The position numbers and the translations under genes are program-made. From an uncultured Candidatus Saccharimonadales bacterium (lineage in GTDB: Bacteria; Patescibacteriota; Saccharimonadia; UBA4664): 64,000 bases of DNA. Positions 38,953-49,400 of this stretch are shown in pieces. The notes under the pieces are model-generated. The model saw only the letters and a program-made list of their open reading frames with translations. It had not been told where the DNA came from and did no database searches. The stretch's first letter is position 1. Each line of letters begins with the position of its first letter. The DNA lies in contig CAYXSN010000002.1 in the NCBI GenBank assembly GCA_964467655.1, positions 27,327 to 91,326 of the forward strand, read 5' to 3'.

Positions 38953-40290
38953 TTACTCCAGCGTGAAGTCGGCGCCTAAAGCCCGCAACTTCTGCCACAA
39001 TCCTTCATACCCGCGCTCCAGGTGATGCACGCCGGTGAGTACGCTCTGGCCTTCCGCTACACATGCGGCAATCACTTGGGCCATGCCGGCCCTGATGTCG
39101 GGTACTTCAATCGTGGTCGCGACCAGCGGTGTCGGGCCCTTGATAACCGCCGAGTGCCGCAAACTCCTGTTACGCCAACGGCAAGGTATCTCGCCGAGGC
39201 ATTTGCTAAACACGCCAATATCGGCGCCCATGCGGTTGAGATCTTGAGTGTAGCCGAACCGGTCTTCGTACACCGATTCGTGGACTACCGACATGCCTTT
39301 AGCCTGCGTGAGTGTCACGACAGTTGGCTGCTGCCAGTCAGTCATAAATCCAGGATAGGTATCAGTTTCCAGCTCGATACCCTTGAGCCCGGCCGCCCCA
39401 CGCCGGAACGTAATGCCATCGTCATCGGCCGTAAAATCACCGCCCAGCCGTCGCACGGTGTTGAGGAATGTGCCCATATCTTGCTGGCGAGCGTCATCCA
39501 CTCGGATCTCGCCACCAGTGGCCAGCGCCATATTTGCCCACGAAGCTGCCTCCATGCGGTCGGGCATGACCCGGTACGTCACTCCATGGAGCCGCTCAAC
39601 GCCGTCAATCGTGATGATCCGGCCGGCACCAAACTCAATGATTGCTCCCATTTGCTGGAGCATCTTGACGATATCACCGATCTCCGGCTCGGTGGCGGCA
39701 TTTTCGATGCGAGTACGCCCTTTGGCCATCACGGCAGCAAAGATGATGTTCTCTGTGGCCCCCACCGATGGATAGGGGAGGGCAATGAGGGCACCGTGCA
39801 ACCCATGCTGCGCCGTGGCCTCATAAGTATGATCGCGCTCAACGATCTTGGCGCCCATTTGCTCAAGTGCTTGGATGTGAAAGTCGACGGGCCGCGGCCC
39901 GATGGCATCACCACCCACCCGTGGCACTTCGGCCTCGCCGTGGCGTTGCAACAGTGGTCCCAAGGCGAGAATTGAAATCCGGTTAGTCCGGCTCAATTTA
40001 CTCACCCGGGCCGAAATGATGCGTGGCGTCGTCAATCGCACTTTAGTGCCCTCGCGCGTGACATGAGCACCTACCGCGGCGCAGATCTCTGTGGTAATCG
40101 AAATCTCCTCAATATCCGGGCAATTCTCGAGCACCACCTCGTCAGCCGTCAAGAGGCTAGCAATCATCATCTTGGAAGCGGCGTTTTTGGCGCCGGCCAC
40201 CCGCACGGAGCCTGATAATGGTTTGCCGCCGCGAATCCGGACCAGTTTGGAACTCATGGAGATTTCATTTCCTGTTTCGTCCTTCATCAT
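38953..40290 (-). CDS. murA: UDP-N-acetylglucosamine 1-carboxyvinyltransferase
   Basis: EPSP-synthase fold signatures: N-terminal KLVRIRGGKPLSGSVRVAGAKNAA, catalytic-loop Cys region, C-terminal GADFTLE-like end. Confidence 0.8.
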   Translation of the reverse strand: MMKDETGNEISMSSKLVRIRGGKPLSGSVRVAGAKNAASKMMIASLLTADEVVLENCPDIEEISITTEICAAVGAHVTREGTKVRLTTPRIISARVSKLSRTNRISILALGPLLQRHGEAEVPRVGGDAIGPRPVDFHIQALEQMGAKIVERDHTYEATAQHGLHGALIALPYPSVGATENIIFAAVMAKGRTRIENAATEPEIGDIVKMLQQMGAIIEFGAGRIITIDGVERLHGVTYRVMPDRMEAASWANMALATGGEIRVDDARQQDMGTFLNTVRRLGGDFTADDDGITFRRGAAGLKGIELETDTYPGFMTDWQQPTVVTLTQAKGMSVVHESVYEDRFGYTQDLNRMGADIGVFSKCLGEIPCRWRNRSLRHSAVIKGPTPLVATTIEVPDIRAGMAQVIAACVAEGQSVLTGVHHLERGYEGLWQKLRALGADFTLE

Positions 40291-40314
40291 ACTACAATGA
40301 GGCTATGAAAGCTC

Positions 40315-41612
40315 AGTTTCGACGGCTTGTCGCCGGCTATTTCGAGTGGTTGACTGTCTATACCATCAAACGCTACCGCCTCAAGGTAGTGGCTATCGTG
40401 GGTTCAATTGGTAAAACTTCCACCAAAATGGCCGTCGCTGCAGTGCTGGGCCAAAAATATCGCGTACTGGTGCATCAAGGTAATTACAATTCCGAAATTG
40501 GCTTGCCGCTCTCGGTGTTTGAGTTAACAGTACCGCGTACACTCTTCAATCCGGTGGCTTGGCTCCTCAAAATGATTCAGGCCTGGTGGCGGTCGCGTCG
40601 GTACAAGTATGAGGTATTAGTGTTAGAGCTGGGTACCGACACGCCCGGCGACCTGGCCAAGTTCTGGCGATATCTACAACCCGATATCGGGGTTGTCACG
40701 GCTGTTGCGCCAGAACATATGGCCAATTTCCCTGACGGCCTTGATGAGGTGGCGGCCGAAGAATTGTCGATTGGCGATCATTGTGCCAGGCTCATAGCCG
40801 CCCACGACGAGATCCCCGAAACCTATCGCCGGCGTTACATTGCCCACCTTAAGCATCACACCTACTACGGCCAGAATGTTGAAAGTGGGTATAGTTACCG
40901 GTCCAAACTCACAGCCGAGGGTTCACAACTGTCGATTAAGGATAATGGTTCATTCGTCCTGCAGAACCACTCAGTGGCATTGTTGGGGCCAACTGCCGCC
41001 CAATCGTTGGTGGCTGCCTGGGCTGTCGGCCAGGCATTGGGGCTAACTCAACACCAGCTCACCAAGGGCCTAGCGACTGTACGGCCTGTGGCTGGCCGTC
41101 TCAATCCGCTGGCTGGCATCAACGATGCGCGCCTCATCGACGATACCTACAATTCAAGCCCACAGGCAGTCCGCGAAGCGCTTGCCCTCTTGGCGCTGTC
41201 GCCCGTCGCCGACGCCGGCCGGCGAATTGCAGTTTTGGGCTCCATGAATGAACTAGGCGCCAACGCCCACATGTATCACGAAGAAGTTGGACAGGAAGCA
41301 GCCGGCGTTGATCTGTTGGTGACCATCGGTGATCTGGCTGAGCGCTGGCTGGGTCCGGCAGCAGTGGCAGCCGGCCTCGACCCAACCCGCTATAAGCCGG
41401 CTGATTCACCATATGCGGCGGGTGCCTTCTTGCGGACGACATTGCGTGCTGGCGATGTTGTCCTGATCAAAGGCTCCCAAAACGGGGTCTTTGCCGAGGA
41501 ATGCACGAAGCTACTCTTGGCCGACCCCGCCGACGTCGCCCAGCTGGTACGCCAATCACCAGAGTGGTTACAGATCAAAAAACGCCAATTTACGGATCGA
41601 GTGAGCACATGA
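40315..41612 (+). CDS. murF: Mur ligase family protein, most likely UDP-MurNAc-tripeptide--D-Ala-D-Ala ligase
   Basis: Mur ligase P-loop GSIGKTSTK, central and C-terminal Mur ligase domains; divergent from murA. Confidence 0.6.
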
Positions 41613-42037
41613 ATTTGCCGATTGTGAATCGCAGCCATCATCCGCTACCGGCCTATCAGACGACCGGCGCTGCCGGGTTTGATCTAACGGCCAACCTTGA
41701 AACACCCATCAGCTTGGCGCCTCTCGAGCGAGCCGTGATAGACACGGGCCTGTACTTTGGTATTCCTGAAGGTTTTGAGCTTCAAATCCGACCCCGCAGC
41801 GGTCTGGCGGCCAAATTCGGCCTGACAGTCCTCAATGCGCCAGGTACTATCGATGCCGATTATCGTGGTGAACTCAAGGTTATCATGGTTAATCTGTCGG
41901 CTCAGGCCTACACCATTCATGATGGCGACAGAATTGCCCAGGCAGTGCTGGGGCCCTCCACCAGGGCCAACCTTACAGTAGTTGACACCCTCGACGAGAC
42001 TGTCAGAGGTGAGGGCAGATTCGGCCACACCGGCTAA
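41609..42037 (+). CDS. dut: dUTP diphosphatase
   Basis: dUTPase motifs AAGFDL, RPRSGLA, GTIDADYRGE, RGEGGFGHTG-like C-terminus. ATGA overlap with the murF stop. Confidence 0.85.
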   Translation: MNLPIVNRSHHPLPAYQTTGAAGFDLTANLETPISLAPLERAVIDTGLYFGIPEGFELQIRPRSGLAAKFGLTVLNAPGTIDADYRGELKVIMVNLSAQAYTIHDGDRIAQAVLGPSTRANLTVVDTLDETVRGEGRFGHTG

Positions 42038-42056
42038 ATCCTGATATGCTACTCCT

Positions 42057-42785
42057 ATGAAACGTACTCCTCTCCAGACCGCCCGCTCGGTTTCGCAACT
42101 ACTCCGCCGCCATTCCGATCCGTTGCGTGCCATACTCTCTGGGCGCTACTTCAAAACCGGTCCCGGACAGTATGCCGAAGGCGATAGGTTTATAGGTGTT
42201 ACCGTTCCCAGGCAACGCTTGGTGGCCGCCAAATACCGGCAGCTGCCACTCGCTGAGATCAAGCGATTGATCACCAGCAAGATTCACGAAGAGCGTTTGA
42301 CTGCACTGCTGGTATTAGTTTATCAGTACGAGAACGGTACACCCGAGGAACGCAACACCATCTATAAGTTTTATTTGCAGCACACGCACCACATTAATAA
42401 TTGGGATCTGGTTGATACCTCGGCGCCCTACATTATCGGGCCATGGCTGGAGCATGACCCCGAGGCACAGTCAAAACTGCAGAAACTGGCCGCCTCCAAG
42501 CTGATCTGGGAGCGGCGGATTGCTGTATTGGCGACGTTCTACTTCATCAAAGCCGGCCAGTACCGTATCTCGCTTGAGCTCGCCGAGCAACTATTGTCAG
42601 ATCCGCACGATCTCATCCACAAAGCCGTCGGTTGGATGCTCAGAGAGATCGGCAAACGCGACGTTACCACCTTGCGCCAATTTTTGGCCACCCACTATCG
42701 TAGGATGCCCCGAATCATGCTGCGTTATGCCATTGAACACTTTGAGGCGGCCGAGAGGCAACGTTATCTCAAAGGCCAGCTCTAA
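42057..42785 (+). CDS. DNA alkylation repair enzyme (AlkD/AlkC-like HEAT-repeat glycosylase family)
   Basis: Family pattern W.RR.AV......KAVGWMLREIGKRD. Confidence 0.6.
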   Translation: MKRTPLQTARSVSQLLRRHSDPLRAILSGRYFKTGPGQYAEGDRFIGVTVPRQRLVAAKYRQLPLAEIKRLITSKIHEERLTALLVLVYQYENGTPEERNTIYKFYLQHTHHINNWDLVDTSAPYIIGPWLEHDPEAQSKLQKLAASKLIWERRIAVLATFYFIKAGQYRISLELAEQLLSDPHDLIHKAVGWMLREIGKRDVTTLRQFLATHYRRMPRIMLRYAIEHFEAAERQRYLKGQL

Positions 42786-43133
42786 AGATATCAGTACAAA
42801 AAATGCCCGTTCTCGATTTGCGATGGATCGAGAACGGGCAGGGTGGGCTACACTTCATTGAGAGTGTGCCGCCGTGGGTCATGCCACGTTACTCCCGGCG
42901 CCGTCTGCGTCGGCCCATATAGCGCAGGTGGCCGAGCACGTCTCGGGCTGCCTCGGTATTACCGGCGTCCAAGGCTTTCCGCATATCCCTGAGGACCTCA
43001 TCGCCCTCCTGCTTGCCAAGGCCGGCTAGGCCAATCTCTTCATCGGTAGGCTCCGGCTCTGGCTTCCATCCGCGCATCGCACCACTGCCTTTCTTTGACT
43101 GGTTGGCTGAGGGTTCGTTGGTATAATGGGCTT

Positions 43134-43466
43134 ATGGCCACATCTCAGGACACAATCGATTTTCTGCTCGAACAGCTGGCGGAGCTGTCAGACCGTCTGA
43201 CTACCTGTCGGATGTTTGGCGAATATTGCCTGTATGTAGACGGCAAACCGACGGCATTCATTTGTGACGATCAGCTATTTTTGAAAATCACGACCGTCAG
43301 CCGCCAATATCTCGACGAGTCGTATAACGGTCAGGCCTACCCGGGTTCGAAGCCCTATCTGCGAATCACTCAAGATATATGGGAAGATCGGGATTGGCTG
43401 ACCAAAGTAGTAGCCGGTACTGCCGATAGCCTGCCCGCGCCAAAGCCCAAGCCGGGCCGGCGCTAG
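43134..43466 (+). CDS. TfoX/Sxy N-terminal-domain-like protein
   Basis: TIDFLLEQLAELSDRLTTCRMFGEYCLYVDGKPTAFICDDQLFLK matches the TfoX N-domain pattern. Confidence 0.4.
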   Translation: MATSQDTIDFLLEQLAELSDRLTTCRMFGEYCLYVDGKPTAFICDDQLFLKITTVSRQYLDESYNGQAYPGSKPYLRITQDIWEDRDWLTKVVAGTADSLPAPKPKPGRR

Positions 43467-43705
43467 TCCAACTTCCCCCACGACCATAGCCACCAGGCCA
43501 GGCCGACGAAACTGATGACGAGGCCCCATCCGCCGATAAAGAGTCCTACGACAAACAGGACCGGGCCTAGAAAGACGAGAGCCAAGCCGACGAGACCGAT
43601 CAGGAACTCATCAATATCCATGATGCTGTCCTCTCAAGGTACAGTGACACCGAAGCATCATTAAACCACAAACAAGTCAGATTGGCTAGATCGGCATCTA
43701 ATCAG

Positions 43706-43765
43706 CCTCAACTATGAACAAATATGATCCTCACGCCCTCGAACCCAAACGGCAGCAAGTTTGGG
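43706..43765 (+). repeat. copy A of leuS promoter-proximal / 5-prime coding segment
   Basis: About 90% identical over 60 bp to 46474..46533. Encodes MNKYDPHALEPK..., a truncated LeuS N-terminus ending after 35 codons. Confidence 0.6.
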
Positions 43766-43813
43766 TTAGCTCAGTTTTGACGACCATCTATCCTTCGTCT
43801 AGACTGGAAGAAC

Positions 43814-44134
43814 ATGAGTGAAATGACCTCGCCGCCAGACTTTCGAGAACAAGAGATTGGTTCTTCGGATTTGGTTGTGCCAGGCAATCCTGAGCGGCCA
43901 TTAAATATATCTGAACCGCGTACACTTGAGGATGTTCCCCCGCCAGATGGTTTTATAGTCACCGATTCTGGCTTGGTTGCACCCAAACCGCCATCAACCA
44001 ATGAATCGCCAGAAGATCCGCCAAAACACCTCATCTTACCAGGCGCATCGGATGTGAGGCGGGTCACTGGCACGGTAGAGGCAGAGCCGACTTACGATGC
44101 GGCATATCTGTGGCTTGTCCACTTGCAGGTTTGA
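43814..44134 (+). CDS. hypothetical protein (possibly 5-prime part of a frameshifted gene with 44110..45636)
   Basis: 106 aa, Pro-rich; overlaps the next ORF in another frame. Confidence 0.25.
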   Translation: MSEMTSPPDFREQEIGSSDLVVPGNPERPLNISEPRTLEDVPPPDGFIVTDSGLVAPKPPSTNESPEDPPKHLILPGASDVRRVTGTVEAEPTYDAAYLWLVHLQV

Positions 44135-45636
44135 ACCGTTCGGTTGCCCATGCAAGTTTGGATCATCTCAGGGCAACCTTCGGAGATTTGCATCGCTATA
44201 CTGAAAACGACCCCGAATCGCGCGATGCAGTACTTGAGACCGTAAGGAGTATTTGCTCACCCGAAGAAACGCAAGCACTTCTGGCAGAATTCCATAAATT
44301 GACTGAGACTCTATCTGAGACGTTACCCGACAAAGCTATAGACGATGCGACGTTGTGGTCGTCACTAACCCTCATAGCAGACACAATTAGTATCAACCAA
44401 GATATGGCCGATATACCGCAGACAGAAGGATTACATCAGCTTTGCTTACGCGCTCTTAGTCACGAAGCCCCGTCTACTCAGGTTCTAGATTTTATATCTC
44501 GTTGCGAAATTACGAATGAGTTAGCCGACGCCTTGCTCGACAGAATAGATATCCATCCGAGTCATCCTCTTTACTGGATAGTGGCCGATAAGCGACCTGC
44601 CCATCCCAGGGTTCAGCGCCAGCGAGAGATGGTTCTACGGCTACAAGATCAAGACTCGTTCAGGCCAACCATGGATGACATCTATGAGTTTGGAAAACTT
44701 GTCCCACTGGGAAGCCTAATGAGCAGGCAATGGCCCCGATCTGGCTTAGAGATTGAGACAACGGTTTTTGGTGGGCCGGCAAAAGTACCCGATGGAGCCG
44801 TTATGGGTACAGATGTAGCTCGTCATGGAAATATCCTAGAACTACGCCTCGACCATGGAGGGCATCCCGAAGTGCTCACCTATGACGCAGCATGGCGGCG
44901 GAGGTATTTTGAGATCTGGCGTTGGGGGCGTGTCTCGAGGAGCGTGAATACTTCGATTCACTTGCATTCTGAAGGTGTTCTCAAGATAGGAAACGCCCAA
45001 GTGATGTTTGGCAGCGACACTGATGATTGCCGAATCAATAATCATGGGACAATCGAAGTACGAACTGTCCTCGAGGGCTACAAAGGCGGACAGGGCTATC
45101 CGGAGCTTCCTTCACCAATACTATTGGAGTTGCTACATAGCCTTGATATGTCTGACCCGGTGCTGCCACGCATCGCCGAGATGTACCTAAAAACAGGCGT
45201 GTATGGAAGCCGACTCAGTAGATCTACCAACGAGCTTGTTACCGCTCGTGACGGCTTAGCGTATTTACTGGAACGCGGCAGTGAGCACGAGCTTGAGACT
45301 TTGGCATATAATCTGGCAACGATCCCAGCCGAACATCAAGCCGAGGTGATAACTGTGATACTGAAACGCGGCAGTGATTCCGGACTCGAGGCGCTGGCTC
45401 GCAATCTGGCAACGATCCCAGCCGAGCATCAAACAAGGGTGATAACTGCGTTGTTGGAAAGAGACAACTCGCGTGGACTTGAGGTGCTGGCTCGCAATCT
45501 GGCAACGATCCCAGCCGAACATCAAGCCAGGGTAGTAGCCGCAGTATCGGAACGGGGATGTATTGTACCTGAATTATACAATTCTTCTAGGCGTTCACTA
45601 ACTATCGGAGCTAGCTCCAAAAATGGCGTTGCATGA
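44110..45636 (+). CDS. hypothetical protein with three C-terminal 31-aa HEAT-like tandem repeats
   Basis: Repeats LE.LA.NLATIPAEHQ..VI. encoded by three 93-bp tandem DNA repeats. Confidence 0.4.
   Translation: MACPLAGLNRSVAHASLDHLRATFGDLHRYTENDPESRDAVLETVRSICSPEETQALLAEFHKLTETLSETLPDKAIDDATLWSSLTLIADTISINQDMADIPQTEGLHQLCLRALSHEAPSTQVLDFISRCEITNELADALLDRIDIHPSHPLYWIVADKRPAHPRVQRQREMVLRLQDQDSFRPTMDDIYEFGKLVPLGSLMSRQWPRSGLEIETTVFGGPAKVPDGAVMGTDVARHGNILELRLDHGGHPEVLTYDAAWRRRYFEIWRWGRVSRSVNTSIHLHSEGVLKIGNAQVMFGSDTDDCRINNHGTIEVRTVLEGYKGGQGYPELPSPILLELLHSLDMSDPVLPRIAEMYLKTGVYGSRLSRSTNELVTARDGLAYLLERGSEHELETLAYNLATIPAEHQAEVITVILKRGSDSGLEALARNLATIPAEHQTRVITALLERDNSRGLEVLARNLATIPAEHQARVVAAVSERGCIVPELYNSSRRSLTIGASSKNGVA
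45271..45549 (+). repeat. 3 x 93-bp tandem repeat inside the 44110..45636 CDS
   Basis: Units beginning gaacgcggcagtga / aaacgcggcagtga / gaaagagacaactc all share ctggctcgcaatctggcaacgatcccagccga.catcaa. Confidence 0.6.
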
Positions 45637-45777
45637 AATCATTCATCCCTCATTTGTCTACATAAACAACTTCGCTTATGGACGTGTCAGTTAGGCGACC
45701 TGTCTCCAAGATCTAGCCAATCCTCGATATGTTTTTCTACTCTAGCCCTATATCTGATAGCGGGTTATAATTGAGGC

Positions 45778-45816
45778 CAACTATGAACAAATATGATCCT
45801 CACGCCCTCGAGGCCG
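45778..45816 (+). repeat. copy B of leuS promoter-proximal / 5-prime coding segment
   Basis: ccaactatgaacaaatatgatcctcacgccctcgagg preceded by a TATAAT box, as at leuS. Encodes a 29-codon MNKYDPHALE... peptide. Confidence 0.6.
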
Positions 45817-45825
45817 AGACGATCA

Positions 45826-46389
45826 TTAATCCTCGGCAGTATCTCCATGCGGCTGCATATCGTGGGCGGTAAGAACCTGATCGAGAATCCGCCTTCCGCC
45901 AGCAGTTGGTGGCCGTACGCCCATCTGGACGCTGTGAGGGTCATAACCACTAGTCCAGGGTATAATAATGGCCTCAACGCGATCATTCGTTGTGCCAAGC
46001 GGCGAGACCCAGGGCTCACCAATAGTCACATCAAACAGGGGACTAGCCAATTGCTCCGGAGTGAGGAGGCCGCTTCTCTGCTGTACTAAATCAGCAATCG
46101 CTTCAGAATCAAATACAATCTGACCAGGATGACCAGAAGCATCGCTTCTTTCTGTCTGTATCACGACTGATCCTATCTCATGGGCTAAAGGATCAGCTAT
46201 AGCGCGCGCTAGCGCCTCCATCGACGCAGTCCCGGATCTAAATATGCGTTCAACCTGACCATCGGGATATTGACGTAGCTCCTCTTGACCAAGCGGTGGA
46301 CTCAGTCGATTAAGATCTGTACGATCAGGGTCTACAATCTCAACTGGTGGTCGATTGTTATCTGGTTGATACTGCTCTATGTAGCTCAT
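45826..46389 (-). CDS. hypothetical protein
   Basis: 187 aa; no motif. Confidence 0.35.
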   Translation of the reverse strand: MSYIEQYQPDNNRPPVEIVDPDRTDLNRLSPPLGQEELRQYPDGQVERIFRSGTASMEALARAIADPLAHEIGSVVIQTERSDASGHPGQIVFDSEAIADLVQQRSGLLTPEQLASPLFDVTIGEPWVSPLGTTNDRVEAIIIPWTSGYDPHSVQMGVRPPTAGGRRILDQVLTAHDMQPHGDTAED

Positions 46390-46481
46390 GCGAATAGTTT
46401 ACCACATGTCTACAGCTATAAACTACGAGTCTACACTGTGCTAGCCCACTATCTCATATGGCGCTATAATACAGCTCAACT

Positions 46482-49400
46482 ATGAACAAATACGATCCTC
46501 ACGCCCTCGAGCCTAAATGGCAGCAAGTTTGGGCCGACACCAACCTGTACGCCGCCACCGATGACGACCACACCCGCCAAAAATACTACTACCTAGTGGA
46601 GTTTCCGTACCCCAGCGGCGACGGTCTGCATGTCGGCCACGTCCTTAGCTACACGGCGCTCGACATCATGGCCCGCCACAAGCGCATGCAAGGCTACAAC
46701 GTGCTCTACCCCATGGGCTTCGACGAATTTGGCTTGCCCACCGAAAACTATGCCATCAAACACAAAATTGCCCCCCAGGTTGCCACGCAAGCAAATGTGG
46801 CCAACTTCCGCCGCCAACTAAAGTCACTTGGCCTAAGCTTCGACTGGAACCGCGAAGTGCGCACTTCCGACCCCAACTATTACAAGTGGACGCAGTGGAT
46901 CTTCCTCAAGCTGCTCGAAAAAGGCCTAGCTTATCAGGCCGAGCTGCCCATCAACTGGTGCCCGTTCTGTAAAACTGGCCTGGCGAATGAAGAAGTGGTT
47001 GACGGCAAGCACGAGCGCTGTGGCACCCCAGTCGAAAAGAAGCTGCTCACCCAGTGGATGCTTAAAATTACCGCCTACGCCGACCGCCTGGCCGAAGACC
47101 TCAAAACCGTCGATTACCTCGACAGGATCGCTACCCAGCAGATCAACTGGATCGGGCGAAGCGAAGGGGCGGAGATTGACTTTACGCTAGCCGATCACGA
47201 TTACGACGTGGCCGACAGCCTGAAGTTCACGCCTGAGCTGACCAAACTAGTACAGGCTGGCACCAAGACTAACACCATCCGGCTTGAGCCCAAGAATCTC
47301 AAGGTTGGCGATTATACCCGCCTCATCACCCGCTATGATGCTGATCGCACACAAAGCTTTGCCATCGCCAAGATCACCAAGGTTGAAAAGCACGCGTTAT
47401 CTGATATTCCCGTTGATTTGGGTGGTCACGAGCCGTTCGCCAACAAGGCCGAGCAACTTGCCAGCTACCGCAAATACTACGGCGACGCCGTTACCGCCGA
47501 AACTGAATTCACCATTTATTACTTTGAAACTGTTGCCAATACCGTTACCGTCTACACCACCCGCCCCGATACCATCTTTGGCGCTACCTTCCTGGTGGTG
47601 TCGCCCGAAGTGGCCAAAACCTGGATCGACAGCGGTTGGAAAGCCCCCAAACCGGCCGCCGAGTACATCGATGCCGCTCTCAAGGCCAGCGAGCTGTCGC
47701 GCCAGGAAGAGTCAAAAGTCAAAACCGGTGTCGATACCGGCATCACAGCCATCCATCCACTGACCGGCAATCCAGTGCCCGTCTGGGTGGCCGATTACGT
47801 CCTAGGCTCCTATGGCACCGGCGCCATCATGGCCGTGCCCGCCCACGACGAACGCGATTACGAGTTTGCCAAGGCCTTTGATTTACCTGTCACATATGTA
47901 GTTGAGCCTCGTACGGGCACCGGCCCCGATGCGCCTGTACAGCGGCCCAGCATCGTTGCCGTACTACTTGATCAATCTGGTGAACGGGTAGTAAGTATGG
48001 ACCACCACGGACGCCATGATAATTGGGGCGGCCATTTACTCATTGGCGGTGGCATAGACCAGGGTGAACAGCCAATTGACACGGCCCGTCGCGAAATAAT
48101 CGAAGAAACCGGCTACACTGATTTTGAGCTGGTCGAACAAGCTCCATTTCAGATCCATCATCAGTATTTCTCGGCTGAGAAGAAGATCAATCGGCTGGCG
48201 GTTACAACCGGTTTTCTCTTCAAGCTTACCAGTGACCAAAGAGCTGAGCTAAAGCTGACAGACAGCGAAAAACGCAATAGCGTTGAACCGGTCTGGCTGC
48301 CCATTACCGATGCTTTAACGAGCGTAAAAGACGAAATGCATTCGTTGTGGCTACGCTTTTTCACACAAGGCACAAGCTTTGCTGCCAACGGCCCCCTCAT
48401 CAACTCCGGCGAGTTCAACGGCTTGTCTGGCACCGAGGCCAAGCGCGCCATCATCAAGGCATTGTTCGACAAAGGCGCTGGCCGCGGCGCCACCAAATAC
48501 CGCCTGCGCGACTGGATCTTTAGCCGCCAGCACTACTGGGGTGAGCCGATCCCGGTGGTGCATTGCCCCAAAGACGGCGTCGTACCCGTACCCGTCGACC
48601 AACTACCCATCGAGCTGCCCAAAGTCGACCACTACGAGCCGACAGACACCGGCGAGTCGCCGCTGGCCGCCATCACCGACTGGGTGAACACCACGTGCCC
48701 CAAGTGTGGTGGGCCCGCCAAGCGCGAAACCGACACCATGCCCAACTGGGCCGGTTCAAGTTGGTACTTCTTGCGCTACACCGACCCGCACAACGCCAAA
48801 GAGTTTGCGAGTGCCGAAAACCTCAAGTACTGGACCCCTGTCGACCTCTACAACGGCGGCATGGAGCACACCACGCTCCACTTGCTCTACAGCCGCTTCT
48901 GGCACAAATTCCTCTACGACGAAGGCCTCGTGCCCACATCAGAGCCCTACGCCCGGCGCCGCAGTCACGGCATGATACTCGGACCCGACGGCCAAAAGAT
49001 GAGCAAATCCAAGGGCAACGTGATTAATCCAGACAGCGTGGTAGCGCAGTACGGCGCCGACACCATCAGGCTCTACGAAATGTTTATGGGCCCGTTTGAT
49101 GAGGTCAAAGCCTGGAGCGAAGACCATCTCAATGGTGTATCGCGCTTCATGTACCGGGTCTGGACCTGGCTGGACGACCTCACCGACGACGCCGAAACTC
49201 TTGCCGGATCAGTCGGCTACGAAAACGACCTTGGCGCCTTTACCGTGGCCACCGACAGGATCGTCCACAAAACGCTCAAGAAAGTGCACCACGACATCGA
49301 AGACATGCATTTCAACACCGCCGTGTCGGCCATGATGGAGCTGGTCAATTATCTAACGAGCGCCGACGTCAAACGCAAACTCCGCCAGGCCAATGCCGCC

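Noticed and set aside
39022-39975. 317-aa plus-strand ORF inside murA
   Set aside because: Antisense to a strongly supported murA; no motif. Shadow ORF.
46390-46481. T-box riboswitch upstream of leuS
   Set aside because: Only about 90 bp separate the upstream gene from the leuS ATG, and a TATAAT box sits 13 nt before the start. That is too short for a T-box leader, and no specifier/antiterminator pairing is visible.
48379-49335. Several Arg/Pro/Thr-rich alternative-frame ORFs inside leuS (e.g. 48563..49027)
   Set aside because: Out-of-frame translations of a conserved synthetase gene; composition typical of frame artefacts.
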